From assembly GCA_964270895.1 (NCBI GenBank), contig OZ185443.1: DNA of 64,000 nt. One strand, given 5' to 3'. Of this stretch, positions 27,136 through 39,426 are shown in pieces (positions within the stretch are counted from its first letter, which is position 1; each line of letters opens with the position of its first letter). This DNA is from Podarcis filfolensis (lineage: Eukaryota). The translations under genes were made by a program, and so were the position numbers. The notes under the pieces were generated by a model. That model ran no database searches. It had not been told where the DNA came from and saw nothing but the letters and a program-made list of their open reading frames with translations.

Positions 27136-27625
27136 CTAAGCCAAACACACAAATGAAACAGCAGTGTCAATAAGACAAACAAAAAATGTTTATACTGTAT
27201 AGATTAGTCCAGCAGCCAACAAGCAGTCTTATTCTAGGGATATGGTCAATAAGATCAATAACCACAACCCCCAATCTTCTATGCACACCACTTGATTCCA
27301 GTTAAAAATTGGGGAGTCAGAAGGTATTCCTCAGGAGGTCAGCTGTGGCCCTGGATCTTCTCTAAACTAGTCATTGTTTTTGTGATTAGCCACCAATATA
27401 AAAATGACCCCAGAGAGAAAATGACCATCTGAAAAAACTAAGCAAGCAACTCTGCTTTTAAAACAGTAAGTCAAAGTGGATTAGGTCAACTAAACAGATG
27501 GACCTGACCCACAGAACAGGATACCATAGAACATTATAATTCAACTTTTTAAAAAAAAAATGCAGTTGCAGTTGCAACCTTGTTTTTTTAAAACAGGCTT
27601 CAGAGTCCTATATAGAAATGAATTA

Positions 27626-27893
27626 CCATATTGGCCTGAATATAAGCCACCCTTTTTTTTCCAAATTCCGACTGTGAAAAGTTAAAGTGCGGCTTAAATT
27701 CGCAACCTTACAAAAATGGGCTTTTACGATATCGCTGCCGAAACAGACATACATTAAAACAGAATGAGTGTGAGTGCCTGCAGAATTTGAAGGGAGCGGC
27801 TTATATTCAGGTATTGTCTTTTTTCCTTTCTTCCCTTTGAATTTTAAAGCTGCGGCTTATATTCGGGTGCGGCTTATATTCGGGCCAATACGG
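27626..27893. mobile_element. Tc1/mariner-type MITE
   Basis: CCATATTGGCCTGAATATAAGCC / GGCTTATATTCGGGCCAATACGG termini. Confidence 0.75.
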
Positions 27894-27986
27894 CAAATCA
27901 AAAGCAAACAATTGTCCTAGCTCCTCTAATTCTTAGGGAAGCCAGAGGGAGAGTGAAAGTACAGCCAAAGCCCGTCCACCTGCATA

Positions 27987-28187
27987 CAGTAGAACCTTGG
28001 TTTTTGAACACAGTCCATTCCAGGAGTCCATTTGACTTCTGAAACGTTCAGAAACCGAAAATCAAAGGGCTGTCGGCAAAGTGAATGGTGAAAATGAAAG
28101 CATTCACTTCAGGGTTTTTGGCGTTCAGCAGCTGAGACAATCGGCAGCCAAGACAATTGAAAAACGGTGTTTGACCGTATTTGACTG
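27987..28187. mobile_element. Degenerate Tigger-like MITE
   Basis: TA|CAGTAGAACCTTGG...TTTGACTG termini. Confidence 0.45.
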
Positions 28188-28250
28188 TGGTCGCCTCCAG
28201 TAAGTGGGGGAACTTTCAGAACTTTCTAATGGCCGAGGTGGATGCTGTTA

Positions 28251-28470
28251 CAGTGGTACCTCGGGTTAAGTACTTAATTCGTTCTGGAGGTCCATTCTTA
28301 ACCTGAAACTGTTCTTAACCTGAAGCACAACTAATGGGGCCTCCTACTGCTGCCACACCGCAGGAGCACGATTTCTGTTCTCATCCTGAAACAAAGTTTT
28401 TAACCCGAGGTACTATTTCTGGGTTAGCGGAGTCTGTAACCTGAAGCATATGTAAGCCGAGGTACCACTG
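28251..28470 (+). mobile_element. Tigger/pogo-like MITE (same family as 11983)
   Basis: TA|CAGTGGTACCTCG...CGAGGTACCACTG|TA. Confidence 0.85.
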
Positions 28471-28680
28471 TATATGGTGAGCACTGACATGCAGGCCAGC
28501 TTTGATTTGCTGATAGACTTAAGCAGGAAAGCAGCTGTCAAGGTCCACTGCAATACCAGAAAATGCATTTCTGCTGTTGTTCAGTCACTTCCTCCATCAA
28601 ACAGCCGCCAAAGAAGTTCATCCCAATGCTCTCGTTTCCTTCGCATGCAGTCCCCATTTTGGAAAAAAAATGCAACTCAC

Positions 28681-28790
28681 TTCGCAAACTAGTGAAGCAG
28701 TGGTCGTTTTGCCAACCCCCGGGGGGCCAGACAGCAAAGCTGCTTTGGAACTAGCACCGTCGTCTTTGACTCCAAACTTACTGGGTTTTG
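28681..28790 (-). CDS. RFC1: RFC1 exon 14 (Walker A)
   Basis: tacag|CA...GAA|gtgagt; 110 nt; KPSKFGVKDDGASSKAALLSGPPGVGKTTTASLVCE. Confidence 0.95.
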
Positions 28791-29866
28791 CTGTAGGAAA
28801 AAGAGGGAAGCTTTAGCCAACCATGTCATATAACAGCCAAGAGGAAAACAAGCAACAGTTTAATGAGATTGTTCAATGAAACAGAAACAAAGCAGTTTCA
28901 AAACAAAAACCCCCGATACAAATCCAACGCAGGGAGTGCCATGTTGAACATCTCTGCCCATCCCAAAATTATTTTTAAAAATCCAAATGTAGAAAACCAG
29001 GCTATATGTGCTAGTGTTTTCAGTAAGTCTTTTCGTTTTACATGAGATAGTATCTAAATGCCACCTTCAGAACCTTCAGTAGTAAAACAGGATGCAAGTA
29101 TTTAAAATGAATAAACTAACCACATGAAAGCCTCCACTTTCAGTCTAAAGTTGTACAGTCCCAACAGGGGCACACAATTATTCTGAATATGTAGATCAGT
29201 TCTTAATGCCAGAAAAAAATGAACTTTTTAAAATAAAAAAACACTGCAGAATTCAAGCAAATTTACTCTGAAATGTCTGTGGGTTTTGTATCAGTTTGAA
29301 ATGGCAAGGTATTAAAGGGTTTTTTTCAAAAGCAAAACTGAGCCTGTAAACCTATAGATACCTAATAAGCCTTAAACTTCATGTTAGATTTAAGTTGCTT
29401 CAACTGTAAAGAATACCCTCAGCCAGACTTGCTTCAAGGGCAACGCTGAAACATGGTTTGTGTTCCTTAAACCAAATTAAATACATTTGATGTGTTAAGC
29501 TGGGAAGCTAATTAGAAAACCCTGTTTATAAATAGCTTTACTGGAGTGAAACCATTAATACTGGTTCACTGAATGCAGTACTGTATCTACAAACATTGGC
29601 TGGGGCAGTAAGAGAGCCGTGTGGGATAGCAGCTATGGACCCCTTGGGAGGGGAAGGGAACACACAAAATTCTGACTCAGTTGTATGCTAACATTGCAAT
29701 GACCAGATCCAGAACATTAACAGATTAAAATAAAACCAGGTTTCAACGCTATCTGTCAACCAGGCTACGGTTTGGCATTAAGATGTCCTGTGTAAATGTA
29801 ATATACATCATCAAGACCCTGGAAAAAGGTGTCAAGTTCCAGAAGAATCATTTGTTGCACAATTAC

Positions 29867-30260
29867 CGTGTTTGTCCTGCGAAATATTCCTGTGCCAGTT
29901 TCGAAGCCAACGTAAGAGTTTATTGGCACAGCTTTGGTCGCCTTGTTGCCCAATGATTGTTTTAAGGGATGTGGGCTTGTATTTGTCCACCCATAATAAC
30001 ACCTCAGCTCCACCTTTACTGCCATTTTGAATTGGGCTCCCAACATCCTTTGGATCCTTTTTCTCCGGCACTTTCTGATCAAAGTCCAGACCTCTCCTTG
30101 CTTCCATTGTTTGCTTCTTGGGAGATCTGACGGTATTGTCCTTTTCAGGGGTGACTTTTTTCTTTTTGGGTTCACTCCCTCTGGTTGGAGGGCTAATTTT
30201 TCTTCTTTCTGCTTCAGCTTTCGGTGGGGTTTTCATACACTTGGATTTGGCCTTCTTTGC
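29867..30260 (-). CDS. RFC1: RFC1 exon 13
   Basis: ttcaag|GCA...CACG|gtaatt; 394 nt; ends LLWVDKYKPTSLKTIIGQQGDQSCANKLLRWLRNW (RFC box II). Confidence 0.95.
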
Positions 30261-31308
30261 CTTGAAAAGGAAAGATACACCAGAATTAGCAGGCCTGAGT
30301 TCGGAGACAAACGCTTTCAAATGGTGCTTCTAGGAATTAAGGGATTCTCAAAAAGATCAGCAACGGGAGCTCACTGGCTTTGATCAGATACAAAACTAAA
30401 CTATAGTTTAAGTATACTAAATCATAGTTGAGTGAGCCCTGGGCTTGCTTCAGTCCAGTCATTAGAAGGAGAAAGCTTTTCCTTCTGCTTTCAAGAGAAC
30501 CACATTTCTGTTAGGTCTGAACCCTAAACTGTGGTTAAAACCAAATTATGGTTTATTATGTCCCTTTAAGGCTACCAGGGACACTCTGCAAAAAAAAAAA
30601 AGTTGGCTGCCTCCACAGCAGTCGTCCTTTTCTCCATACAATTAGCAAGCAAGGGTGGCATATCATAATGTACAATGACTTCTGGGGACTTTTAAATCAG
30701 AAGTTTTAAACAAGTGTGGCCAAGTGTGAGAATGTTTCAGGATTTTTCCTGAAATCCACACAGATTCGAGATGGCACAGACTTAATAGTCTGGTCATGTG
30801 CAAGGGACACACATTGAATTAAGATTATTTTCTCCAACCCTAATTACAATAGAATACCTATTCTTGTCAGATGGATAACCTTTTTTAAAAAAATCACTAT
30901 ACATGGCAGTAACATTAAGTCTCAGTGTCAGCACACAAACTAGGTTGTTCATCCACTTTTAGTTGGTTTTTTTGGTCTCTGCTGTGTAAGGAAAGAGGAT
31001 AAAACCCAAAGATTTCTATAATTTTTCTCCCCAGGTTGGAAGAAGACTTTTTCTTGTGAACATGGCTTGTGAGGAAAGGCTAGAGCACCCACTCGCCTTG
31101 GGGAAATGCTGCAATCTAATTCATAGCCCCCACCCCACGAGTCCACAGTTCTTCTAGAGGCTGTGCAACAACACAATGCCAAGAAATGTGATATTGAATC
31201 TTCTAGCATCAAGCATTCTTTGGCCTTGAGGTTATTCAAAAGAACAACTACTTCTGCAATTAAAAAGAGAATTAAGAGTGTTGTCAGTTAAAGCTAATTT
31301 GTACAAAC

Positions 31309-31413
31309 CTCTGCTTCAGCTGCCACTTCATACTTTGACTTCTTTCCTGGCATACTACGAATCAGGTCAAATAAACCATCTTCATCAATTATTTTTGTCC
31401 CTAAAGCTAAGGC
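31309..31413 (-). CDS. RFC1: RFC1 exon 12 (end of BRCT)
   Basis: tatag|GCC...GAG|gtttg; 105 nt; ALALGTKIIDEDGLFDLIRSMPGKKSKYEVAAEAE. Confidence 0.95.
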
Positions 31414-31928
31414 CTATAAGAGAAGCCAAAGTCTGCAGTTATTCACATTTATAGCGCTCAGTGTCAGAAAGTAGCACAATCACACCCAGCTAACATGTTC
31501 AAATGCAGCAGATGTAGAACCTGGTTAAGCAAATAAAATATACCTGAAATCAGAGGTCTCCACTAATTATTTCCTCACCTCAACAAGCAACCTTCAGCTC
31601 CAGAAGAAGAGAATCTGCCTATCACAAAGATCTGGCCTCATACTGCTGAGGCTGAAAGCCTTTGAGTCTTAAGAGTTGTACTGTTGATAGTGCTAACAAA
31701 ATGGAACTCAGAAAAAGGCCATTTCACTGAATGCAGGATACATTTAAAGCTGTAACCCTAAGCACATTTATTTGGAAGTGCCCTTGAATTTAGTGTAAAC
31801 ACACTGAGGAGGGCACTTTTATTGAGCAGCTGCAAGGTGACAGTTGTACTTGACTAAAGTAGCGCAGGAGTGAGGACGAATGCTGATTTCCAATAATGTA
31901 CAATACAATGTACTGGATAAATATCTCT

Positions 31929-31929
<1 letters not shown>

Positions 31930-31961
<32 letters not shown>

Positions 31962-32870
31962 CAGATAGATAATTTATTACGGTCGGAGACCAGCTTATAA
32001 AACACACTTGGGAGTACAATCCCAGAAAGAAAACAAACAGTTAAAACAATGTACAACAATAAATTTAAAATTTATAACTGTGATAAGCACATAGACACTT
32101 AAAACTTTAAGATAAGCTACCGCATAGATATGACCCAGAGTTACCCATGGACAGAATCTGGCGACCATCCGGGTCGTCTTATGATCTTTGCCTAACAGGG
32201 AAAGGTCGAATTTTTGCTTTTCTGGGAGGTCAGCGAGCCTCACCAGCAGGGGATCAATGGTCTTACTACATGCCTCTTCATCAAAGGGACATCTAAAGAA
32301 CAAGTGCTCTGGGCTTCCTATATCCCCCAGTGAACAGGCGCAGCATAAGGGACTTTTTAAAAGGCTCCTTCCAGGACCAGCGAGGGCAGAGCCGAGCTTC
32401 TGGCGAGTGTAAAGGCTCTTCTAGCATTTTTGGATACGAGAAAGAAGAGATATGCTGCCGGTGCGGCTATATCTCTCTCGATTTCTCCAATTTTATAGTC
32501 GGGGCACCTTGAGCAGTCCTGTTGCCTCTCGGGGTCTATGATTCTTTGCCTGACCGTAGCTTTTGCCTGGCCCAACCCCAGGCTTAGAAGGGCTTGAGGG
32601 GCAAAACCCAGTTTCTGAAGGGTGTTCAGGACAGCTGTCTGCCAGCCTGACTGGAACTGGTCGCAGAGGATCAGTGGGGATATTCCTCGGAGGAGCAGAT
32701 TCAATGTCAGCCATTTGTAAACTGATGTTAGGCAGAAAATCTCTTATCTGCAAGCGCCAATCCCCCATCCCAGGATGAAACCATTTCAAACCCAAATGGA
32801 TCTTCCTCAAATGAACTTCAGTGTGTTCCAGAGGGGCTCCTGCATCCTCTTCAAAAGGAGCCACACAAAA
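31930..32870 (-). mobile_element. Non-LTR retrotransposon 3' part with Cys/His knuckle and (TAGA)n tail (clade uncertain, RTE-X-like)
   Basis: Frameshifted ORF remnants (ARRAFTLARSSALPS, FFRCPF), AATAAA directly followed by a (TCTA)n tail on the minus strand. Confidence 0.6.
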
Positions 32871-32876
32871 CGAGTA

Positions 32877-33114
32877 CAGTACTACCTTGGTTCCCAAACA
32901 GCTTAGTTGTTGAACAAATTGGCTCCTGAACGCCGCAAACCCGGAAGTGTTCTGGTTTTCAAACGTTTTTCAGAAGCCAAACATCCGATGCAGCTTCCAA
33001 TTGAGTGCAGGAAGTTCCTGCAGCCAATCGGAAGCCGCACCTTCATTTTTCAATGGTTTCGGGAGTTGAACGGACTCCCAGAATGGCTTAAATTCAAGAA
33101 CCAAGGTACCACTG
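32877..33114. mobile_element. Tigger-like MITE
   Basis: TA|CAGTACTACCTTGGTT...AACCAAGGTACCACTG termini. Confidence 0.7.
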
Positions 33115-33337
33115 TGCCCTGCAGAGAGTTGTCTGGAAAGAAAATTAGCGCACACACACCAAAAAAACTATTTCAAATAGGCTGGGGTTGTGGCAAGACT
33201 TAATTTTGAAGTGAAGCCATTCTGTTCTCAAGACCGGGACATGGCTTGATAGGAGAAGAGGATACACAGGTCAGGGAGGCAAGAGATCGCTTGTTATGAC
33301 AAAGCAAGGACTCCATGACCACACGGTAACAACTTAC

Positions 33338-33517
33338 CTTGTCAGTCTTGGCTGCGCCACAGTCACGACCCTTCACAAGATAGTCTGTCTTCTTGCTGAT
33401 ATTCCCAGTTACTTTCCCTCCATAGCGCTCAATCAGAGATTTGGCCTCATCGCGTTCAATGGATTCCAAGATGCCTGTGATCACAAACGTCAGGCCTTCA
33501 AAGCAATTTTCGCCACC
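33338..33517 (-). CDS. RFC1: RFC1 exon 11 (BRCT domain)
   Basis: cttag|GGT...AAG|gtaag; 180 nt; [60 protein letters not shown]. Confidence 0.95.
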
Positions 33518-33929
33518 CTAAGGAGAAAAAACGGTGCCAATGGGCAGCATTACGTTTAAGGCAGTTGAAGTGAAAGCTACAGCAGCCGTGTTCCAAAGAG
33601 AGGAAAAGTAAAAAAGCACTGTGTGAAATATGATTTTGTTCTTCATCATGATGAAATGAAAACTGATCTTTGGCACAGTATAAACATACTTCTGGCTTGC
33701 AGAACAGCCTGCAAACCTGAAGACAGCTTTGTCAACAAATATGCACGATTTCAGCTGTCTGGCCTTAAATGCACATCGATTGTACAGTATCTGGTTAGAA
33801 TACAGGTGGTGTCCAACAGTAGGCCTGGGAGAAAGAGATGAGAAAGTCTGGAAGGAGTTGCTAGGCCCAATAATACTAGAAATACCAATCACTCGTGATA
33901 TGTTTCTGCAAGAAGATGTCTGCACTTAC

Positions 33930-34037
33930 TTGTGGGATTTCCTTAGAGCCAAGCGCTCTTGGGCCTTCACGATTAAGATAGCTTCTATAAGCTTGATAGT
34001 TGGCTCGCTTCTTTTCAGAGTCCTCAGGACTTACAGA
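33930..34037 (-). CDS. RFC1: RFC1 exon 10
   Basis: tcaaag|TCT...CAA|gtaagt; 108 nt; SVSPEDSEKKRANYQAYRSYLNREGPRALGSKEIPQ. Confidence 0.95.
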
Positions 34038-34223
34038 CTTTGAAAAGAAAAATCACATAGCAATCAGGTTCCACCCAGTTCAAATAACGTAAAGAGATGA
34101 GCAAACATTAATAGAGATAAACCCAAATACAAATTATTTGTACACCAATCATTTAGGATAAGTTTGAACACACTTCTGGGATGTTAATCTTCACTCAAAT
34201 TATGGCCTACCTATTTTTAAAAA

Positions 34224-34570
34224 GGGACTCGGGTGGCGCTGTGGGTTAAACCACTGAGCCTAGGACTTGCCGATCAGAAGGTCGGCAGTTCGAATCCCCG
34301 CGACGGGATGAGCTCCCGTTGCTTGGTCCCTGCTCCTGCCAATGTAGCAATTCAAAAGCACGTCAAAGTACAAGTAGATAAATAGGTACCACTCCGGCAG
34401 GAAGGTAAACGGCGTTTCCGTGTGCTGCTCTGGTTTGCCAGAAGCGGCTTGGTCATGCTGGCCACATGACCTGGAAGCTGTACACCGACTCCCTCAGCCA
34501 ATAAAGCGAGATGAGCGCCGCAACCCCAGAGTTGGCCACGACTGGACCTAATGGTCAGGGGTCCCTTTAC
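34224..34570 (+). mobile_element. Sauria SINE
   Basis: Full-length family sequence; approximate TSD TATTTTTAAAAA. Confidence 0.9.
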
Positions 34571-34974
34571 CCTTATTTTTTAAAAAAAGTTCAGTTTCTT
34601 CAAGAACTGATGCTACTCTTTCACGCTCCCTGAAGAGAAAAAAATACAAGAAGCTGGACACACTCATGTGTTGAGCAGCTGATCGAGCTCTCTGCCCATT
34701 CTGAGCAATGTCTTCGGTGCACAAAATTGTGCAAAAAAGCTACAAACAGAAGGTGGCTAAAACAGACTCTCATCTCTGCAGCTTGTCCAAAGCCAGTTCA
34801 TAACAGATGAAATTGATGTTAGAACTGAAATCTCCCCTGCACCCCAATACAGTCCTGTATTATTCACACTATAGTGTTGACAGCAGAGAGTGCGCTGGAA
34901 GAGCACACTGTAATAGGGATTGAGAATATCCAGCCTGTTCAGCTAAGTTCTAAATCTTGCCTGGCAAAAAGCAT

Positions 34975-35375
34975 TCTCCCGGTATGCCCCACGGAGGACC
35001 TTAAGGTCCATAAATAGCAACACCCTAGAGGTCCCGGACCCTAAGAAAGTTAGATTAGCCTCAACCAGAGCCAGGGCCTTTTCAACACTGGCTCCGGCCT
35101 GGTGGAACGCTCTGCCTCATGAGACCAGGGCCCTGCAGGATCTGATTTCTTTCTGCAGGGCCTGTAAGACAGAGTTGTTCCGCCTGGCCTTTGGCCTGGA
35201 GTCAATTTGATTCCCTCCCCCTCTTTCTTTTTTCCTTTCTCCTCCTGTGATGAGGCTGCATTTTAATGTTGTATTTTAATCTTGTTTTTAAATTGTATTC
35301 ATTCAACTTGTTTTTATTATTGGTTGTTAGCCGCCCTGAGCCCGGCCTTGGCTGGGGAGGGCAGGGTATAAATAA

Positions 35376-35416
<41 letters not shown>
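34975..35416 (+). mobile_element. L2-clade LINE 3' end
   Basis: STRARAFSTLAPAWWNALP...CKTELFRLAF remnant; GCCGCCCTGAG...ATAAA tail with (ATT)n. Confidence 0.75.
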
Positions 35417-35516
35417 TACCATGCCAAGGCATTGGTTCAATCCATGTCAGGGCACACAAGACCTTTCAAAATAATGATGAAATCTGCAGTTCCTTAAGTG
35501 TGGTCTTCAAGCTTAC

Positions 35517-35839
35517 CTTAGATTTTGGGGGAGTAACCTTCTCCTTTCTAGGTGTCTCCTCTGGTAAAACGGACTTTACTTTTGGAGTCCTACTTTCATT
35601 TTTCATTTTCATTTCATTTTTTATCGGAGTTCCATTTTCTACTTTAATACTTTCTGATTTTTGCTTCAGCACAGCCAACTTGGAACTTGGTTTAGAGGAC
35701 AACAGCTTATTCCCCAAATCCTTCCTCTCTTTACTAACAGAAGACTCAGGGTGCTGACTCAATGTTTTTGTACTTTCTGAGCAAACCTGGTCCTTTGCAG
35801 AATTAGGCCTTGTGTCCACAGTTGAACTGGCAGGTTTTA
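35517..35839 (-). CDS. RFC1: RFC1 exon 9 (Lys/Ser-rich N-terminal region)
   Basis: ctctccag|TA...AAG|gtaagc; 323 nt; KPASSTVDTRP...SSKPSSKLAVLKQK...TPPKSK; phase fits the neighbouring exons. Confidence 0.85.
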
Positions 35840-35930
35840 CTGGAGAGAGAAGAACATGTTGCAGATTAAAAACTGGTGCTACCACCTCAGCCTTGAAAGT
35901 TAAATTACTATTTTGCTGGATAAAAATTAC

Positions 35931-36018
35931 CTTTAGGAGCCTGTTTATGTTTTTCTGCTTCAACTGGACTAGTTTTGACTGTTGAAGTTATCTGTTTCTC
36001 TTCTGGATCTTTTCGAGG
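35931..36018 (-). CDS. RFC1: RFC1 exon 8
   Basis: tttag|CCT...AAAG|gtaat; 88 nt; PRKDPEEKQITSTVKTSPVEAEKHKQAPK. Confidence 0.85.
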
Positions 36019-36928
36019 CTAAAGAGAGATGTGCTCATGAATAACTATTATGATGAAGCTATTACAAATACGAAATAGGAATCTATTTTTGTAAATAAAC
36101 AATCAGTCTGAATCATTTTAAGATGATGTCCAATTATTTTACTGAGTTTTAAATAAGCTAAATACAAACTGCAAAGTACTTTAAACAGTCTATATTTAAA
36201 ACTCGGTAAAACAAATAGGACATTAACAGATGGTCATTAACAGATGGTCATTAACAGATTTACACTTAAGATGTTTAGGGAAGTTTTTAATGTTTAATGT
36301 TTTATCGTGTTTTTAATAGTCTGTTGGGAGCCGCCCAGAGTGGCTGGGGCAACCCAGTCAGGTGGGTGGCAAACAAATAATAAAATTGTTGTTGTTGTAT
36401 ATGGGGTGGATTATTTTAAAGTGTGGTGACACTGTCCTTTAAAATTCAGGCTTATTGGCAGAAAGTGACAAGAGATTATCACAAATTCCTAGTCACTATT
36501 GAGTGCACCCATCCCATTCAAAACAAGATTGTGCTCATGCAACACAAGGTCATCAGATGAACTTCTGTATTGCCACATTCATCTCTACTGCATGAATCAT
36601 TTGAAGCTATAGCCTATGACATGCAGCAGAATTTGGTTTCAACCAGAGGTTTGTCGGATGAGCATAGGACAGGAGTTGGCAACCAAGCCACCAAGCCAAA
36701 CCTCTGCAATAGTCCTCAGCTTGGGTCCATCAGGAAGAAGAGTTTGGAAGAGGCACACAAAGAGAAGCAGGCTCTTTCTCAAAATAAAGCAGCATGCCAG
36801 AGATAACAAAGCCTTCCACTGTCATACCCACATCATATACAAGGTGACTATGATCCACTGTCAGATTTCCACTTGCACCCACCCTTTGTGAAGTAGTTGC
36901 ACAGAGCAACCAGTTCGTAAGATGTTAC

Positions 36929-37006
36929 CTTTTTCTTCTTTGGTGTTTCATCCAGCATGGCCAGAGTTCTGGCAAATTCTTCATCTTCATGCAGCTGCCT
37001 CTCCAA
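36929..37006 (-). CDS. RFC1: RFC1 exon 7
   Basis: ttcag|TTG...AAG|gtaac; 78 nt; LERQLHEDEEFARTLAMLDETPKKKK. Confidence 0.93.
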
Positions 37007-39356
37007 CTGAAATAAGGGATTAATGCATCACAATAAGTAAACGGACACTGCTAAAAATCAGAGGATTACTATGCTACCTAAACTAGGGATGTTACTGAAC
37101 TTTGTAATTCATTGCCTTGGAATATAAATCTTCCTTGCCATTGACGAATCTTCCTCAACTCAATTTGATTGCAATCCAAGGCAGAGAAGAACTATGTTCC
37201 TCTTGCCACCAACAATGGTCCCAGATTGCCATATTGCTGCTATGGTAGTAAGCCAAGCACCAGCAATGCTGGGAAATGTAAATCAAAGTGGTCTTCACCA
37301 AGTGCTGGGAAAACTACATTTGCGACACCTGGCTTGTTGCGTAAGCAGCACGAAATAGGAAGGTATACCTGCAGATCAGTGATGGGATGGAGTCTGAAGG
37401 GGTGCTTGGGGAAGGAATTGGACTATGTCACAGTCCTATGGTCTGATTTAACTCATTGGCTCAGAAGAAGACAACCCGCCCGCCCCCCCGTTTCTGAGGA
37501 GGCAAGATAATTATCCCAGCATTTTTTGAGCCAATCTAAGGAAAACCAAAGAGGGGAGGAAGTACTGCTCATGGATAAATTTAAATCAAGCGTTAGCTAA
37601 CTACCACTACACCACAAATAATTTCATCTAATTCTTCTTGCAAGTAGCAATATTAAGTCAGTTAGCTGGCATTTATAAACAAGACAAATCAGGTCCTCCA
37701 GCTCCTCAACTGCAACCCCACCCATTTTTGGTACAACCTGCCTGAAATTGTCAGAGGAAAGTTCGCCACAGCCGTGCCCACTTTCACCCTAAATGTGTCA
37801 CACTGTGACTTTACTGCGCAGGCTATGAGAGGAGGGTATAAGCCGGAGTGCAGATTCCTTTTCAGTATGAGGAACATACTTCCTCATGGCAACCTTCTGG
37901 GGCCTGCGTACCTGTGGTGAGCATGGCTAGAGGCTAAAAGCTGGTGTAGCAACAGACGGGGCTCTTGCCTTTGCACAACAGGATACAGTCAAGCCATGCA
38001 AAATTCAGATTTCTAGGCAAGTATCTATCCATCCATGCAAGTAAGAAGCACCATCACAATTAAGGACACATTCAAGCCAAGCAGAAGCACAGAAGGAAGG
38101 GATTAAGCAGGACCAGTGAGGGGTATGCCCTGGAGAGAGTCTCAAGGGCCAGGCAGAGAGGGCTGAGGGCCACATTTTGTCCCTTGGTCTGAAGTTCCCC
38201 ACCCCTCGTATAACACAACACACCACTTCCTCAACCCATTTCAAAAAGCTATTTTCTGAAATGGCTTTCTTTCCTAGAACAAATATGCACTCAAGTTTCA
38301 GTCAAACACAATAAGGAAAAACAAGTGAATTTCTCCTTCATTCCGCCCTTAATGCAATAAATACAGCATTTGCTGCATCCTGCTATTATCAAATATCGTT
38401 TCTTAAGAGGAAAGCTAATTTGTTCTTGCCAAGAGATTTATTGATAAGAGCTGTTCTGCACACATTACACAAATCCAATCTTTTGGCAACAATGAGATCA
38501 AAACTTGCCTCAACGCATGATTCAGACAGATAACTTTATAAGCAGAAGAGTGCCACAGGGTTTACTTTTATGCAATTGTGAGCCGCAGAAGGATATTTGG
38601 ACCAATGAATAGCATTAATCTTTCTTGTTTTCCGTATGAAGCTAAATGCAGACAGGCCCAGCAGCAAGAGCGGAAGTCAGGCAAAGAAATGAAAAGTTCC
38701 CATCTATAGTGCCTTGGATCATTATTATTTTCTTTAAAAAAATCTTAAACTACACTAAAACTAAACCACTGTTCCAAATTATTAATTTCCTTAACATGCT
38801 ATTTAAACATGGCATACATAGTTGAGAATTTAAAATGCATAGAGAATGTTCATTTTCAGTGAACAGGATGGCTTTTGATCTTCAGTGTAATCCTGATAAT
38901 CTACAGCTTCTATATTTCACCATGAAATGCTCAAGTTTCAGCACCAGCAAATAATCATTTCCTTTTTCTAACGCTGTACTCTGACTGGTAGCAGCTATTG
39001 GTGTGGCTGTGCCAGCAGACAGGAAAAGTCCCCTTTCCTCTTAGAGTTGTGGGGACCTACAGGATGAAACGCCGAAAAAAACCTTCTAACTGTGCCAGTG
39101 CAGCCAATGCAGAAAGCCAAGTCAAAACAAGTATATATAACATTTCCAGAGTTTCACATTTTACATATTTTTTTCAAATATTGTATTTTCAGTAGATTTC
39201 CACTTAGCATAGGATATTTTCCATCATGGTCCAGAGACTGCTTTTGGTCACCTACTCTTAACAGTTTCAGAACACCTCTGGAGGCCTTAAATCTCTGTGC
39301 AAGACCAGAGCACCCAGATCTCCCTCAAGAGTGCAACTACACCACTCGTGGTTTTC

Positions 39357-39372
39357 AATAATAATAATAATA

Positions 39373-39426
<54 letters not shown>
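39357..39426. repeat. (AAT)n/(ATT)n microsatellite, tail of a short L2-type fragment at about 39427-39485
   Basis: Direct reading. Confidence 0.9.

Noticed and set aside
35266-35757. 163-aa + strand ORF with a hydrophobic poly-Leu stretch
   Set aside because: It is the antisense of RFC1 exon 9 plus an L2 tail; the poly-Leu comes from the (ATT)n repeat.
35840-35930. ORF track reads through RFC1 intron 8, or a 39-nt intron using the AAG acceptor at 35892-35894
   Set aside because: A 39-nt intron is too short. The 91-nt intron has a strong pyrimidine tract and gives the correct phase.
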